Positions 1-10,192 of a stretch of DNA of 64,000 bases are shown here, piece by piece. The DNA is from an uncultured Chloroflexia bacterium. Lineage in GTDB: Bacteria > Chloroflexota > Limnocylindria > Limnocylindrales > CSP1-4. The notes beneath the pieces are model-generated. The model searched no databases and was not told where the DNA came from. It saw nothing but the letters and a program-made list of their open reading frames with translations. Location: contig CAVQPG010000001.1 in the NCBI GenBank assembly GCA_963714675.1, positions 44,598 through 108,597 of the forward strand, read 5' to 3'. Numbering within the stretch: position 1 is the first letter of the stretch; every line of letters begins with the position of its first letter. Both the position numbers and the translations under genes were made by a program.

Positions 1-283
1 GGCTCCAGCAGTTCGATCAACAGCCCGAACATCAGGACCACCACGACAGCGGCTGAGACGACGATCCCAGCCCTTGCCGGATCGTGCAGGAGCCACGTGA
101 GCAGGGCCAGCCCGCCAAGAGCCACGACCTCGACGATCAAGAGCGGCACGAGCACATCGCCCACGGGCACCTCGTACCTGTTCTCGGCGTACATGCGGAC
201 GACGGGGTAGAGCGCGAACAGGACCGTATGGAACGGCACGGTCGATGCCAGACCGGGACGGCGTTCGACCGAGGGGGTCACCA
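1..283 (-). CDS. hypothetical membrane protein, partial (gene continues past window start)
   Basis: Minus-strand frame open to the window edge; hydrophobic segments (LVPLLIVEVVALGGLALLTWLL, IVVSAAVVVVLMFGLLIELL); candidate starts GTG 283 or ATG 194; no family recognised. Confidence 0.3.
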
Positions 284-591
284 CAGCGGCGATTCTACGG
301 CAGGGCGATCCCGCGAGACCACGGGACTGCTGGGCTAGCGACAGCCAGCCCGGCGTTCCAGGGCCACCGCGGCACGCGGTACGCGAGGCCACGGCTCCAC
401 GCCTGCCACCGCCGGGCCAAGTCACATCAGGCATGGACCGTGCCACCGCGGAGTGCCTCGCGGCTCGAACCACCGCTGCTCCCGGCCCGTCGTGCGATGG
501 ATGGCGAAGGATCGGGCCAGAAGCGGGTCGAGCGACGGATATGGACAGCGGGGCCGCCGGACCTGCTGACCGCGGGCGAGGGTCAGTCCGG

Positions 592-1626
592 TTAGGCGAA
601 TGGCAGCGAGAAGCTGAACGTCGAGCCCTCGCCCTCGACGGAGTCGAGCCAGAGGCTGCCGCCGTGAGCCTCCGCGATGTGGCGGGCGATGGCCAGACCA
701 AGGCCCGTGCCCCCCTGGCCGCGCTGGCGGGCTCGGTCGACCTTGTAGAAGCGCTCGAAGACCCGCTGCTGGTCCCTGGTCGGGATGCCGACCCCGTGGT
801 CGATGACCGAGACCACGGCTGCGTCGGGATGTTCGTCGGCGGCCACCGTGACCTCGCCCCCGTCGGGCGAGAACTTGATGGCGTTGTGCAGCAGGTTCAG
901 GAGCAGCTGATCCAGGCGCTCCTCGTCGCCACGGACCGGGGGCAGGTCGTCCGGTACCCGGACCATGAGCGTCACACCCTGGCGCTGGGCGAACGTCTCG
1001 ACGTGTCGCAGGCTGGCGCGCACGAGCGGCCCCAGGGCGACCTCGTCGTGGCGCACTCGCACCGCGGCGTTCTCCATCCGCGAGAGGTCGAGCAACTCGT
1101 TGATCATCTGCACGAGGTGGCCGGTCTCGACGTCGATGGTGGCCACTCGCTCACGCACCCGCTCCGGGACGTCGAGCTCCGCCAGCTCGTCGCTGAGCAT
1201 CTCGGTGAGCAGACGCACGTTGGCCAGCGGCGTCCGCAACTCGTGACTGAGGTTGTCGATGAACTCGTTGCGGATGCGCCGCAGGCGCTGCAGCTCGGTC
1301 ACGTTCTCGATGGTGACCCAGGCCCCACCCCCGGACGCGGGGCGAGCTCGGACGATCAGGCTGGCACGATCGCGCGGGTCCGATTCGTAGGTCCCGACCT
1401 GCCCTTTACTGGCCGTGCGCACGAGGGCTTCCAGACGGTGATCGACGAACGTCTCCATCACCGACCGGCCCACGAGCGAGCCAGGACGGCGTTCGAGGGC
1501 GCGGTGGGCGGAGAGGTTGGCGGCGCGGACGCGGAGCTGCGGGTCGAAGCGGATCAGCCCGAGGGAGGCCTGATCGGCGACCTGGGCGACCTCGTCAGCG
1601 AGATGGTCGGGGGGCTCACCTGGCAT
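592..1626 (-). CDS. PAS-domain sensor histidine kinase (SenX3/PhoR-like)
   Basis: H-box NLSHELRTPLANV, HATPase N/G boxes (LLHNAIKF, GTGLGLAIA); start chosen at the internal ATG (MPGEPPDH) to avoid a 125-nt overlap with the upstream regulator gene. Confidence 0.85.
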   Translation of the reverse strand: MPGEPPDHLADEVAQVADQASLGLIRFDPQLRVRAANLSAHRALERRPGSLVGRSVMETFVDHRLEALVRTASKGQVGTYESDPRDRASLIVRARPASGGGAWVTIENVTELQRLRRIRNEFIDNLSHELRTPLANVRLLTEMLSDELAELDVPERVRERVATIDVETGHLVQMINELLDLSRMENAAVRVRHDEVALGPLVRASLRHVETFAQRQGVTLMVRVPDDLPPVRGDEERLDQLLLNLLHNAIKFSPDGGEVTVAADEHPDAAVVSVIDHGVGIPTRDQQRVFERFYKVDRARQRGQGGTGLGLAIARHIAEAHGGSLWLDSVEGEGSTFSFSLPFA

Positions 1627-1687
1627 GGTCGTAGGATAGGCGTGCAGCCGTTCGCGTCCAGCCTGCCAGCGACGGATGCGGATCGAG

Positions 1688-2407
1688 CTACTGAGGCAGG
1701 CGCAGCACGTAGCCGACGCCTCGCACCGTTTGCAGGTACTGAGGCTTGCTCGGTTCCGCCTCGATGGCTGAGCGCAGCCAGTGCACGTGCACGTCGACGG
1801 TGCGGGTCTCACCCGCGTAGTCGTAGCCCCACACCTGCTCGAGCAGCTGGTCGCGACTGAAGACGTGGCCGGGGTTGCGCACCAGGAAGGCCAGCAGCTC
1901 GAAGGCCTTGGGTTTCAACGGCAGAGCAGCGTGATCACGCACCAGCTGATGGCCGCTCAGGTCGACGGTGACCGCGCCCAGCTGGACTGACGATGGAGTG
2001 GCCTCGCCCGAGCCCCTGGACTCGCCGCTGGTCGACGGGCTCGCATCGAGTCGGCGCAGCTGGGCCCGGATACGAGCCATGAGCTCGCGCAGGCTGAAGG
2101 GCTTGGTGACGTAGTCATCGGCGCCCAGCTCGAGACCTACGACCTTGTCGATCTCGCTGTCCTTGGCGGTGAGCATGATGATCGGCAGTGACGACTCCCG
2201 ACGCACGATCCGGCAGACCTCGATGCCATTGACCTGAGGGAGCATGAGATCGAGCAGCATCAGGTCCGGTCTGACCGCACGGAACTGCTCGAGTGCCTCC
2301 TTGCCGTCTGCGGCGGTGATCACCCGCAGGCCCTCCTGCTCGAGCGCCTCCGCGAGCGTCTCGCGCAACGTGGGCTCGTCATCGACCACCAGGATGGTGC
2401 GGGCCAC
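1688..2407 (-). CDS. OmpR-family response regulator (RegX3/PhoP-like)
   Basis: Receiver motif ILVVDDEP...MLTAKD...[10 protein letters not shown] and wHTH C-terminus (TVRGVGY); GTG start ([10 protein letters not shown]) lies 2 nt after the upstream gene's stop, rather than the longer ATG start at 2455. Confidence 0.85.
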   Translation of the reverse strand: MARTILVVDDEPTLRETLAEALEQEGLRVITAADGKEALEQFRAVRPDLMLLDLMLPQVNGIEVCRIVRRESSLPIIMLTAKDSEIDKVVGLELGADDYVTKPFSLRELMARIRAQLRRLDASPSTSGESRGSGEATPSSVQLGAVTVDLSGHQLVRDHAALPLKPKAFELLAFLVRNPGHVFSRDQLLEQVWGYDYAGETRTVDVHVHWLRSAIEAEPSKPQYLQTVRGVGYVLRLPQ

Positions 2408-2409
2408 GG

Positions 2410-2808
2410 TCAGCTGTCGAGTCGTGCCACGGGGCTGGGTGCTCGCATCCACCATTCGCGAAGATCGCAGCAGCGACCCTCGTCGTCGAAGCGGCAGACG
2501 AAGATGTTGCTGAAGTCCTCACGGGTGCCGTCCTCGCGGCGGTAGCGCGTGGAGCCCACCCCGACGTGCACCTGGTCCTCGATCGCCAACGGCTCGTAAG
2601 CCGCCTCCCAGGCGAGTTCAGGCTCATACGCATGATCCAGCCAGGTCTTCACGACTGCCTCGCGGCCTTCGGTCGCGGTCTGCCCACCGTCCTGGCTGTA
2701 GGTCACGTCCTCGCTGAAGAGATCTCCGATGTGGGCAGGGTCGCCGCTACGCCAGGCCGCGATGTAGCGGTCCAGCCAGCTCGCGAAATCGTCGCGCGTG
2801 AGATGCAT
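2410..2808 (-). CDS. SnoaL-like / NTF2-fold domain protein
   Basis: 132 aa with the typical SnoaL/DUF4440 pattern (DFASWLDRYIAAWRSGD); RBS GAGGAG upstream of the ATG; abuts the gltX stop. Confidence 0.6.
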   Translation of the reverse strand: MHLTRDDFASWLDRYIAAWRSGDPAHIGDLFSEDVTYSQDGGQTATEGREAVVKTWLDHAYEPELAWEAAYEPLAIEDQVHVGVGSTRYRREDGTREDFSNIFVCRFDDEGRCCDLREWWMRAPSPVARLDS

Positions 2809-2809
2809 G

Positions 2810-4312
2810 TCACTCCTCGCTGGTCAGGGCAGTGGCCAGCACGGTGGCGGCCTTCAAGCGGTCGATGGTGGTCTCGTAGCCGATGGCGACCATGACGTCG
2901 AACAGGGGCGGCGTGGCGACCCGTCCGGTGATCGCGACACGGATGGCCATGAAGAGGTCGCCGACCTTCCAGCCTCGCTGCTCGCACAGCGCTCGCAGCG
3001 GTGGCTCCAGCTCGTCGGCCTCGAAGCTCACTTTGCCCACGGCCTCGATGACCCGCCTGGCCTCGGCCAGGCCCATCGCGGTGGTGGCAGCATCCCAGCG
3101 CCTGGGCACGAGGACGGCCGGGTCCACCTCGATGTCCTCGATGAACACGAAGTCGATCATGGGTCCGATGGCGTCGAGGCGGGGCAGGCGCTCGACGACC
3201 ATGGGCAAGAGCGGCGCCAGCGCGTCGGCCGTGGGTCGGCGCACGCGGTGGCCCTCGGCCGCTGCGACCTCCACGGCGGTCGCCAGGAACGGCAGCGCCC
3301 GCTCCACGAGATCGTCCTGCGGCAACCGGCGGATCCACTGCCCGTTGAGCCAGTCGAGTCGCTCGGCATCGAAGATGGCGCCGGACGGCTGGACCCGCGA
3401 AAGCTCGAAGCGGGCGGCCAGCTCGTCGAGGCTGAAGAGGTCCTCGTCATCGCCGCTGCTCCAGCCGAGGAGCGCCAGGTGGTTGACGATGGCCTCCTTC
3501 ACGTAGCCTTGCTCACGATACGCATCCATGGCCGTCTGACTCTTGCGCTTGGACATCTTGGAGCGGTCGGGGTTGAGGATCAGCGGCAGGTGTGCGAAGA
3601 GCGGCGGTTCGACGCCGAGGGCGCGAAAGAGCAGCACGTGTTTGGGCGTGTTGGAGAGATGGTCCTCACCTCGGATGACGTGGGTGATGGCCATCGCGAT
3701 GTCATCGACCACGACCACGAAGTGGTATAGCGGCGAGCCGTCCGAGCGGGCGATGACGAGGTCGCCGCCGAGCTGCGCGGTATCGATGCTGACGTGGCCA
3801 CGAACGAGGTCGTCGAACTCCACGACTCCCGCTCCGATACGGAAGCGGACCACCGACTCGCGGCCCTCGGCGCGCCTGGCCGCGCGTTCTGCCTCGCTCA
3901 GCCCCGCACAGCGGCCGCTGTAGCCGGACAGTTCCGGGTCAGCCTGCTTGTCAGCAGCCCGCTCCTCGGCGGTGCAGAAGCAGGGATAGGCCTTGTCTTC
4001 GGCCAGCAGGCGCTCGATGGCTTCCGCGTACAGGTCTCCGCGCTCGGATTGGCGATAGGGACCGAAGGCGCCGACGGCGTCCCGACCTGCCACCTCGGGT
4101 CCCTCGTCCCACTCGATGCCCAGCCAATGCAGCCCCTCGAGGATGTCCTGCTCGAACCCCACCGTCGAACGCGCCTTGTCGGTGTCTTCGAGGCGCAGCA
4201 CGAAGGTGCCGCCCGTCTGGCGCGCGAAGAGATAGTTGAACAACGCGGTCCGGGCCGTGCCGATGTGCAGCGGTCCGGTCGGGCTGGGCGCGATGCGGCA
4301 CCGCGTCGTCAT
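2810..4312 (-). CDS. gltX: glutamate--tRNA ligase
   Basis: Class I HIGH motif (PSPTGPLHIGTART) and KMSKS (SKMSKRK); start taken at MTTRCRIAPSPTG rather than the longer ORF-track start. Confidence 0.9.
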   Translation of the reverse strand: MTTRCRIAPSPTGPLHIGTARTALFNYLFARQTGGTFVLRLEDTDKARSTVGFEQDILEGLHWLGIEWDEGPEVAGRDAVGAFGPYRQSERGDLYAEAIERLLAEDKAYPCFCTAEERAADKQADPELSGYSGRCAGLSEAERAARRAEGRESVVRFRIGAGVVEFDDLVRGHVSIDTAQLGGDLVIARSDGSPLYHFVVVVDDIAMAITHVIRGEDHLSNTPKHVLLFRALGVEPPLFAHLPLILNPDRSKMSKRKSQTAMDAYREQGYVKEAIVNHLALLGWSSGDDEDLFSLDELAARFELSRVQPSGAIFDAERLDWLNGQWIRRLPQDDLVERALPFLATAVEVAAAEGHRVRRPTADALAPLLPMVVERLPRLDAIGPMIDFVFIEDIEVDPAVLVPRRWDAATTAMGLAEARRVIEAVGKVSFEADELEPPLRALCEQRGWKVGDLFMAIRVAITGRVATPPLFDVMVAIGYETTIDRLKAATVLATALTSEE

Positions 4313-4953
4313 CTTCTGGGCTTCTCCTCTTCTTCGGCCGCGATCCTGCGCGCTTCGGCGCCGGTCACGACCTGCGTCCCACGGTAGCGCCACACGCCGC
4401 GCGAGGGAAGGTCGTCCGTACCGCGCCGGAAATGCTTCCTCGCCGCGGCGGACCAGGCCGCACCGCTGGAGCGGTCGAAGACGTCGAAGTCGCCGGGGGC
4501 CTCATCGTCCGATGGCGGCTGCGACGGCGGCTGCGGTCTCGTCGACATTGGGGGCGGTCGCGCACCGGGCTGGAAGTCTTCCCACCAGGGCACGTGCTCG
4601 GCCGACCAGGTACGCGACCGGGGGGTGGGCCTCCGCGGCCGTCGTCGGATCCGCGTCGTGCCACGCTTCGGTCGTGGCCTCGGCGCGGCAGCCCCGGTCG
4701 TGGGCCGGCGGCTACCGGCTGCCCGGACCGGCCCTGGAGCGTGGGCCCGATCCCACTCGTAGCGACGACGCGGATCCGACAGCAGCTGGTAGGCCTCCTG
4801 GACCGCCAGGAAGCGCGCTTCGTCGCCGCTGGAGCCATCGGGGTGGTAGCGCTTGGCCAGGTGACGATGCGCGGCCTTGATCTGGGCCGGGGTGGCAGCA
4901 CGAAGGACACCCAGGATGCGGTAGGGGTCGCTGCTCGGCTGAAGGTGCGCCAT
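4309..4953 (-). CDS. J-domain (DnaJ-like) protein with Pro/Arg-rich C-terminus
   Basis: J-domain YRILGV...AKRYHPD with HPD tripeptide; low-complexity tail; its stop abuts the gltX start. Confidence 0.7.
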   Translation of the reverse strand: MAHLQPSSDPYRILGVLRAATPAQIKAAHRHLAKRYHPDGSSGDEARFLAVQEAYQLLSDPRRRYEWDRAHAPGPVRAAGSRRPTTGAAAPRPRPKRGTTRIRRRPRRPTPRSRTWSAEHVPWWEDFQPGARPPPMSTRPQPPSQPPSDDEAPGDFDVFDRSSGAAWSAAARKHFRRGTDDLPSRGVWRYRGTQVVTGAEARRIAAEEEEKPRR

Positions 4954-4971
4954 CGCTTGTCGTGAGCCTCG

Positions 4972-6147
4972 CTACGGACGTTTGCCCTGGCCGACCAACT
5001 CGAAGCGCGCGACGGCGCTGGCGGCCTCGGCTCCCCCCGGGGCATCGACGGTAGGGTGGTGATAGGCGGCCAGGGCGCGGAGGTCGCGATCGTCGAGGAC
5101 CCCGACCTGCGCAAGCGTCTCCACCGAGGCGGCTTTCACCGCACGGCGCGACTGATCGCCGTCCTCGATCTTGATGGCGATGGCGCTGGCCTCGACGCCA
5201 TCGGCCGCCACCAGGCCGATGGCCCGCATGCCGTCCGCGCCGGCCTTGACCACCAGCCGGCCCGGCCGACGCCGCATGAGCTCGGTGTCGAGGTTGTCGT
5301 AGGTGCCGCCGACCATCTCGGGCGCGCCCATCATCGCGTCCCGCACCCGCAGCAGAGCCGGGGCTGACTCGGCGCGCGCAGCGTCGAGCGACGGGCCTTC
5401 GGGGTCGGCCAGCATCAGGTAGGCCCGAGCCAGCTCCAGGAGCGTGGTCTCGTAGGTGCGCAGGCCGCAGTTGTCGGTGGCGGTCCGGAGCGTGTGCGGG
5501 TCGCGCCCGAAGAGGCGGGCCACGGTCTGGAGCACGGCGACCTGGCTGGGGTGACGGGGGTCGACGTAGTCGTCGAGCGACCACCCGGCGTAGGCGCTCA
5601 GCAGGATCGACGCGGCGTGGAAGCCGGAGCAGCCATGGCGTACCGCGCCGGGCGTCTCCCCGTCACGTGCCAGGCGGGCCGCGGTGAGGGCATCGGCGGG
5701 CGCTCCGTCGGTGCCGCACTGCAGCAACGCCTGGGTCACGTTCGCGCGGCGGAAGATGGCCTGCAGCGTCCGCACGTGCTTGTCCTCGCCGGTGTGCGAA
5801 GCACACATGATGGCCAGCTCCGACGGTGTCAGGGCCAGGTCGTCGGCGGCACCGGACTCGATGAGTGCGACCACGCCGAAGGGCTTCACCGTGGAGCGGA
5901 GCATGATCTCCGTGCTGGGGGCGCCCACGACCCGTACCGTCTTGCCCGCAGCGTCCACCTGCACGATGTGGCCACGGTGGCGGCTCTCGACGGTGTCGCC
6001 GCGGCGCACCTCCACCAGCACTGGCGGTGCCGAACCCTTGCGTGTTCGCGAGGATCGTCTGCGCGGGCGTGGCGAGGCGGGATCGGGCACGTCGGGGGCG
6101 TCACCGCCCTCGCTGGGGAACGGGGGCAGGGACGGTCGTTCAGGCAC
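4972..6147 (-). CDS. asparaginase family protein (L-asparaginase II type)
   Basis: VLVEVRRGDTVESRHRGHIVQVD and overall similarity to the PF06089 asparaginase family; the low-complexity N-terminal extension is uncertain (alternative GTG start near 6021). Confidence 0.7.
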   Translation of the reverse strand: MPERPSLPPFPSEGGDAPDVPDPASPRPRRRSSRTRKGSAPPVLVEVRRGDTVESRHRGHIVQVDAAGKTVRVVGAPSTEIMLRSTVKPFGVVALIESGAADDLALTPSELAIMCASHTGEDKHVRTLQAIFRRANVTQALLQCGTDGAPADALTAARLARDGETPGAVRHGCSGFHAASILLSAYAGWSLDDYVDPRHPSQVAVLQTVARLFGRDPHTLRTATDNCGLRTYETTLLELARAYLMLADPEGPSLDAARAESAPALLRVRDAMMGAPEMVGGTYDNLDTELMRRRPGRLVVKAGADGMRAIGLVAADGVEASAIAIKIEDGDQSRRAVKAASVETLAQVGVLDDRDLRALAAYHHPTVDAPGGAEAASAVARFELVGQGKRP

Positions 6148-6239
6148 GACCCGATGGTATCGCGGGTGCGCCCGACCGGTGAGAGGCCGGGGCCGTAGAA
6201 TCGGGACTCGCCATCCTGTTCGTACCTCGGAGGCGGCAC

Positions 6240-6878
6240 GTGTCCGACCAGCCCAACCTCTTCGTCTCGAAGCATCCCGCAGTGCTGCACAAGCTGGCGC
6301 TGCTGCGCGACGAGCGGACCGAACCCAAGAAGTTCCGGGAGCTTGTCCGCGAGATCAGCTGGCTCGTGGGCTACGAAGCCCTCGCTGACACGCCCCTCAA
6401 CAAGATCGAGATCCGAACGCCGCTCGAGATGACCACCGGTCACGAGCTGGCCGAGCGCATCGGGCTGGTGCCCATCCTGCGGGCCGGCCTGGGCATGGTC
6501 GACGCCTTCCTCGAGCTCTTCCCCGTGTCACAGGTCTGGCACCTGGGCCTCTTCCGCGACGAGCGCACGCTACGACCGGTGGAGTACTACAACAAGCTGC
6601 CCGACCAGACCACCGTCGATACCTGCCTCATCCTCGACCCCATGCTCGCGACGGGTGGCTCAGCCACCGCCGCTATCGAGGTGCTCAAGGACTGGGGTGC
6701 CAAACGTATCAAGATGGTCAACCTCATCGCCGCCCCCGAGGGTGTGGCGGCGGTCAGCGAGGCTCACCCGGACGTGGCCATGTACTGCGCCGCCCTCGAC
6801 CGCCAGCTCAACGAGAAGGGCTACATCCAGCCTGGGCTCGGCGACGCCGGTGACCGCCAGTTCGGCACCGGCCTCTAG
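6240..6878 (+). CDS. upp: uracil phosphoribosyltransferase
   Basis: Conserved N-terminus ([14 protein letters not shown]) and PRPP-binding loop ([12 protein letters not shown]); GTG start with GGAGG 6 nt upstream. Confidence 0.9.
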   Translation: MSDQPNLFVSKHPAVLHKLALLRDERTEPKKFRELVREISWLVGYEALADTPLNKIEIRTPLEMTTGHELAERIGLVPILRAGLGMVDAFLELFPVSQVWHLGLFRDERTLRPVEYYNKLPDQTTVDTCLILDPMLATGGSATAAIEVLKDWGAKRIKMVNLIAAPEGVAAVSEAHPDVAMYCAALDRQLNEKGYIQPGLGDAGDRQFGTGL

Positions 6879-6904
6879 CGTCGCTCGACGTCGACATCGC
6901 TGGC

Positions 6905-7856
6905 ATGGCACAGGATCCACGCCCGGCCCTGCTGTGCATCACGCCGGCTCCGGCCATCGATCGGACCGCACACGTGGAGCGCATCGCACACGACGAGGTG
7001 CTGCGCCCGGTGGAGATGTTCGTGCTGCCCGGCGGCAAGGGCGTGAATGCGGCCCGCGCAGCGGTGGCCCTGGGCGGTCGCGTCATCACCACCGGCATCG
7101 CCGGCGGTCATGCCGGGCGCTGGATCGTGGAAGGGCTCGCGGCTGAAGGCCTCGAGCCGCACTGGTCGTTCGCCAGGGCCGAGGCTCGGACCGCCTACGT
7201 GATCGTCGATGCGTCGGGCGAGTCCGTCCTGGTGTACGAACGACCGACCGTCGCGACCGCTGACGAGTTCGCATCGTTCCTGCGCCTGCTCGAGGAGCGG
7301 CTGTTGCCCGCCAGTGCCCGCGCCGTGGTGGCCGGGTCCATCCCCGCTGGTCCGCCGGCTTGCTGGCCACGGCGCCATCGTGGAAGCTGCGCGCCGAGCG
7401 CGGGTGCCGCTGCTGGTGGACGCCTCCGGACCGGGACTGGTGGTCGCGCTCGCAGCCGGCCCCGACATCGTCAAGATCGGCCGGGTCGAGGCGGTGGAGT
7501 CGGGGATCGTCGAGGCAGACGCATCGGCCGTCGCTGCCGCCGTGGCGCTGGTCGAGCGTGGCGCACGCCTGGCCGTGGTCACCGACGGCGCCGAGGAGGT
7601 CGCAGCCGCCGACGGCGCGACGGTCTGGCGCCTGGCCGTGCCCCGGCTGCGGGCCGTGAACCCGGTGGGCTCCGGCGACAGCTTCAATGCCGCGCTCTCG
7701 CTGGCGCTCATGGATGGCGCCGACACCCGGACGGCGCTGGTCAAGGGCGTCGCTGCGGGGTCAGCCAACGCGCTCACCAAGAGTGCCGCCTCGCTCGACC
7801 CGCAGGTCGCGGCCGGGCTCGAGGATGATGTGCAGGTCACGACCATCGAGAGGTGA
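6905..7856 (+). pseudogene. PfkB-family sugar kinase (1-phosphofructokinase/tagatose-6-P kinase-like) with an apparent +1 frameshift near 7361
   Basis: N-terminal half (ITPAPAIDRT...GGKGVNAARA) in frame 1 (6905..7360) and C-terminal half (LLVDASGPGL...NPVGSGDSFNAAL) in frame 3 (7362..7856); one extra base in gcTTgc joins them. Confidence 0.6.
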
Positions 7857-7863
7857 TCCAGAC

Positions 7864-8667
7864 ATGGACCGACTCAAGGGACGCGGGGTCATCATCACCG
7901 GCGCTACCGGCATCGCTGCGGCCTCCGCTCGGCGCTTCGCGGCCGAGGGCGCGACGGTGGCTCTGGTCTCGCGCACGGCGGAGTCGGTGGAGGCCCTGGC
8001 GCAGGAGCTCATCGATGCGGGCGGCCGTGCCTACGCCGCCACGGCCGACCTCACCGACCCACCCGCGGCGCAGGCGGCGATCGCGTACGTCATCGATGCG
8101 CTCGGTCGCGTCGACGGGCTCTTCAACGTGGCCGGCGGCTCCGGCCGGCGGATGGGTGACGGCCCGTTGCACGAGCTCACGACCGAAGCCTACGAGGCCA
8201 CCATGCGTCTCAACGCCACCACCCACGTGACGGTCACCGCGCCGGTGCTGCGGGCCATGCTGGCGCAGGAACCGGACGCCGATGGGGCTCGCGGAGCCAT
8301 CCTCAACATGGGCTCCGTGCTGGCCAGCCGACCGGTGCCGGAGCTCTTCGCGACCCACGCCTACGCTACCGCCAAAGGGGCGCTGGCAGCGCTGACCACC
8401 ACGGCCGCGGCCTATTACGCGCCACACGGCATCCGGGTCAACATGGTGGCGCCGGCCCTGACGGTCTCGCGCATGTCCCAGCGCGCGCAGGCGGATGCGG
8501 CCACGCTGGACTTCTCCCGGCGCAAGCAGCCCCTCGCCGGTGGCTTCATCCCGGCCGAGGACGTGGCCGAGGCGGCGGTGTACCTTCTCTCCCCGGAGTC
8601 GCGAGCGGTGACCGGCCAGACGATCGCCATCGACGGCGGCTGGTCGGTGCTGCCGATCGGCGACTGA
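7864..8667 (+). CDS. SDR-family oxidoreductase
   Basis: TGATGIAAASARRF Rossmann motif, NMGS and YxxxK-like catalytic region; start at ATG 7864 with GAGGTG RBS. Confidence 0.85.
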   Translation: MDRLKGRGVIITGATGIAAASARRFAAEGATVALVSRTAESVEALAQELIDAGGRAYAATADLTDPPAAQAAIAYVIDALGRVDGLFNVAGGSGRRMGDGPLHELTTEAYEATMRLNATTHVTVTAPVLRAMLAQEPDADGARGAILNMGSVLASRPVPELFATHAYATAKGALAALTTTAAAYYAPHGIRVNMVAPALTVSRMSQRAQADAATLDFSRRKQPLAGGFIPAEDVAEAAVYLLSPESRAVTGQTIAIDGGWSVLPIGD

Positions 8668-8721
8668 CGCAGGTTCGCGCGACCACGGCACCACGGCACT
8701 GCCACCCCAGGAGGACGATCG

Positions 8722-9771
8722 ATGGCCCAGCCCTACCAACCCACTCCCCTGACCACCTCGGTCGTGGGCTCGCACACGCACCCAGGCTGGCTGGACCTGG
8801 CGGTGGCGGCGGCCGAACGCGGGGAGCTGGGCCCGCGGGACATCCGCGAGTTCGGTGACGATGCGGTCGATACCGCTATCCGTGACCAGGAGGACGCCGG
8901 AGTCGATGTCGTCTCGGAGGGCGAGATGCGCCGCGTGGGCTTCTTCACCGCCGAGTTCTACCGCCACCTCACCGGGGTGAGCCCGCTCGAGCCCGAGCGG
9001 CGCCTTGGTCCGGCGGGCCACGACCAGCAGCACCGCTTCGAGGTCTTCGAGGCCATCGAGGCCCCGAACGGGCTGGGCGTGGTGGAGGAGTTCGAATACG
9101 CCCGCACCCGGACCACACGGCCCATCAAGGTCACCATCCCGGGGCCGTTCACGCTCTCGGGCCGTCTCTCCTATGGCCCCGGAGAGGTCTACGCCGATCG
9201 CATCGCGGCGGCACGTGCCTTCGTGCCCATCCTCGCCGCCGAGTTCGAGGGGCTGGTCGGAGCCGGTGCCACGTACATCCAGATCGACGAGCCGTCGCCG
9301 GCCATCCACCCCGAGGCTTCCGACGAGTTCGCGGCGCTCTTCAACGACGCCGCGGCTGCGGTGCAGGGCCGGGTCACGCTGGCGGCACACCTCTGCTTCG
9401 GCAACTTCTACGGGCGGCCGCTGTCGCGACGGCTCTATCGACCGGTGCTCGAGCAGGCCCTGGCCTTCGAGGTCAGCGAGTTCGTGCTCGAGTTCGCCAA
9501 CCGTGAGATGGCCGAGCTGGACGTGGCCGCCGACATCACCGCTGCCGGGCGGCACCTGTCGGCCGGCGTCATCGACGTCAAGAACTACTACCTCGAGACG
9601 GCCGACGACGTGGCCTGGCGGATCGATCGGCTGCTGGAGGCGGGCGTGCCCGAAGCGCAGCTCTCGGTCGTGCCCGACTGCGGCTTCAGCCAGACCGCAC
9701 GCTGGGCCGTGAAGCCCAAGCTGGCCGCCATGGTCGCCGGCCGCGACGTCGTCCGGGGCCGCTCCGCATAG
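8722..9771 (+). CDS. cobalamin-independent methionine synthase (MetE) C-terminal-domain family protein
   Basis: 349 aa resembling the MetE C-terminal/UROD-like domain (VGSHTHPGWLD...IQIDEP...CFGNF). Confidence 0.7.
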   Translation: MAQPYQPTPLTTSVVGSHTHPGWLDLAVAAAERGELGPRDIREFGDDAVDTAIRDQEDAGVDVVSEGEMRRVGFFTAEFYRHLTGVSPLEPERRLGPAGHDQQHRFEVFEAIEAPNGLGVVEEFEYARTRTTRPIKVTIPGPFTLSGRLSYGPGEVYADRIAAARAFVPILAAEFEGLVGAGATYIQIDEPSPAIHPEASDEFAALFNDAAAAVQGRVTLAAHLCFGNFYGRPLSRRLYRPVLEQALAFEVSEFVLEFANREMAELDVAADITAAGRHLSAGVIDVKNYYLETADDVAWRIDRLLEAGVPEAQLSVVPDCGFSQTARWAVKPKLAAMVAGRDVVRGRSA

Positions 9772-10102
9772 CACCGACCCACCGCGTGCGGCGAGTGCTG
9801 TCGTTCGCGTGCGGCGGGTGCCGTCGCTCATCGCTGGCGGCTGTCCCGTGGCTGGTGCCGATCGACCGGCGGACGGGCACTCCCTGATCGCTGGTCCCAC
9901 CAGCAGGCCCATCCGACGCCTGAGCGCGGGCGCTGGGGCATCCGGCCGGTCGAGTGGCACCGGTCATGGGACAAGCCGACCCCGGGGAGCCGCGCCGACG
10001 CCGCGCGAGTGGGCGAGGCCAGCCGGGTGACCGCAAGCCCTGTCAAATCCGCGCCTTGCGCTTCGAAGCCGCATCCGTGAACAGGGAGCGCCGCCCATGA
10101 CG

Positions 10103-10130
10103 AAGGGCCGGCCTCGTCGGGCCGGCCCTT
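10103..10130. terminator. GC-rich hairpin between convergent genes
   Basis: Perfect 11-bp inverted repeat AAGGGCCGGCC/GGCCGGCCCTT with a 6-nt loop, followed by a T-rich stretch. Confidence 0.45.
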
Positions 10131-10192
10131 GCCGTTCTGTGATCCGCGGCGGGGTGGCCGCGATGGGATCGCTGGTGGCGAACCGCCAGCGA

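Noticed and set aside
433-1860. 475-aa plus-strand ORF
   Set aside because: Antisense to the histidine kinase gene; no domain signal.
7837-9960. 707-aa minus-strand ORF
   Set aside because: Antisense to the SDR and MetE-like genes, which have clear domain signatures; it is Arg/Gly/Pro-rich, typical of spurious ORFs in 70% GC DNA.
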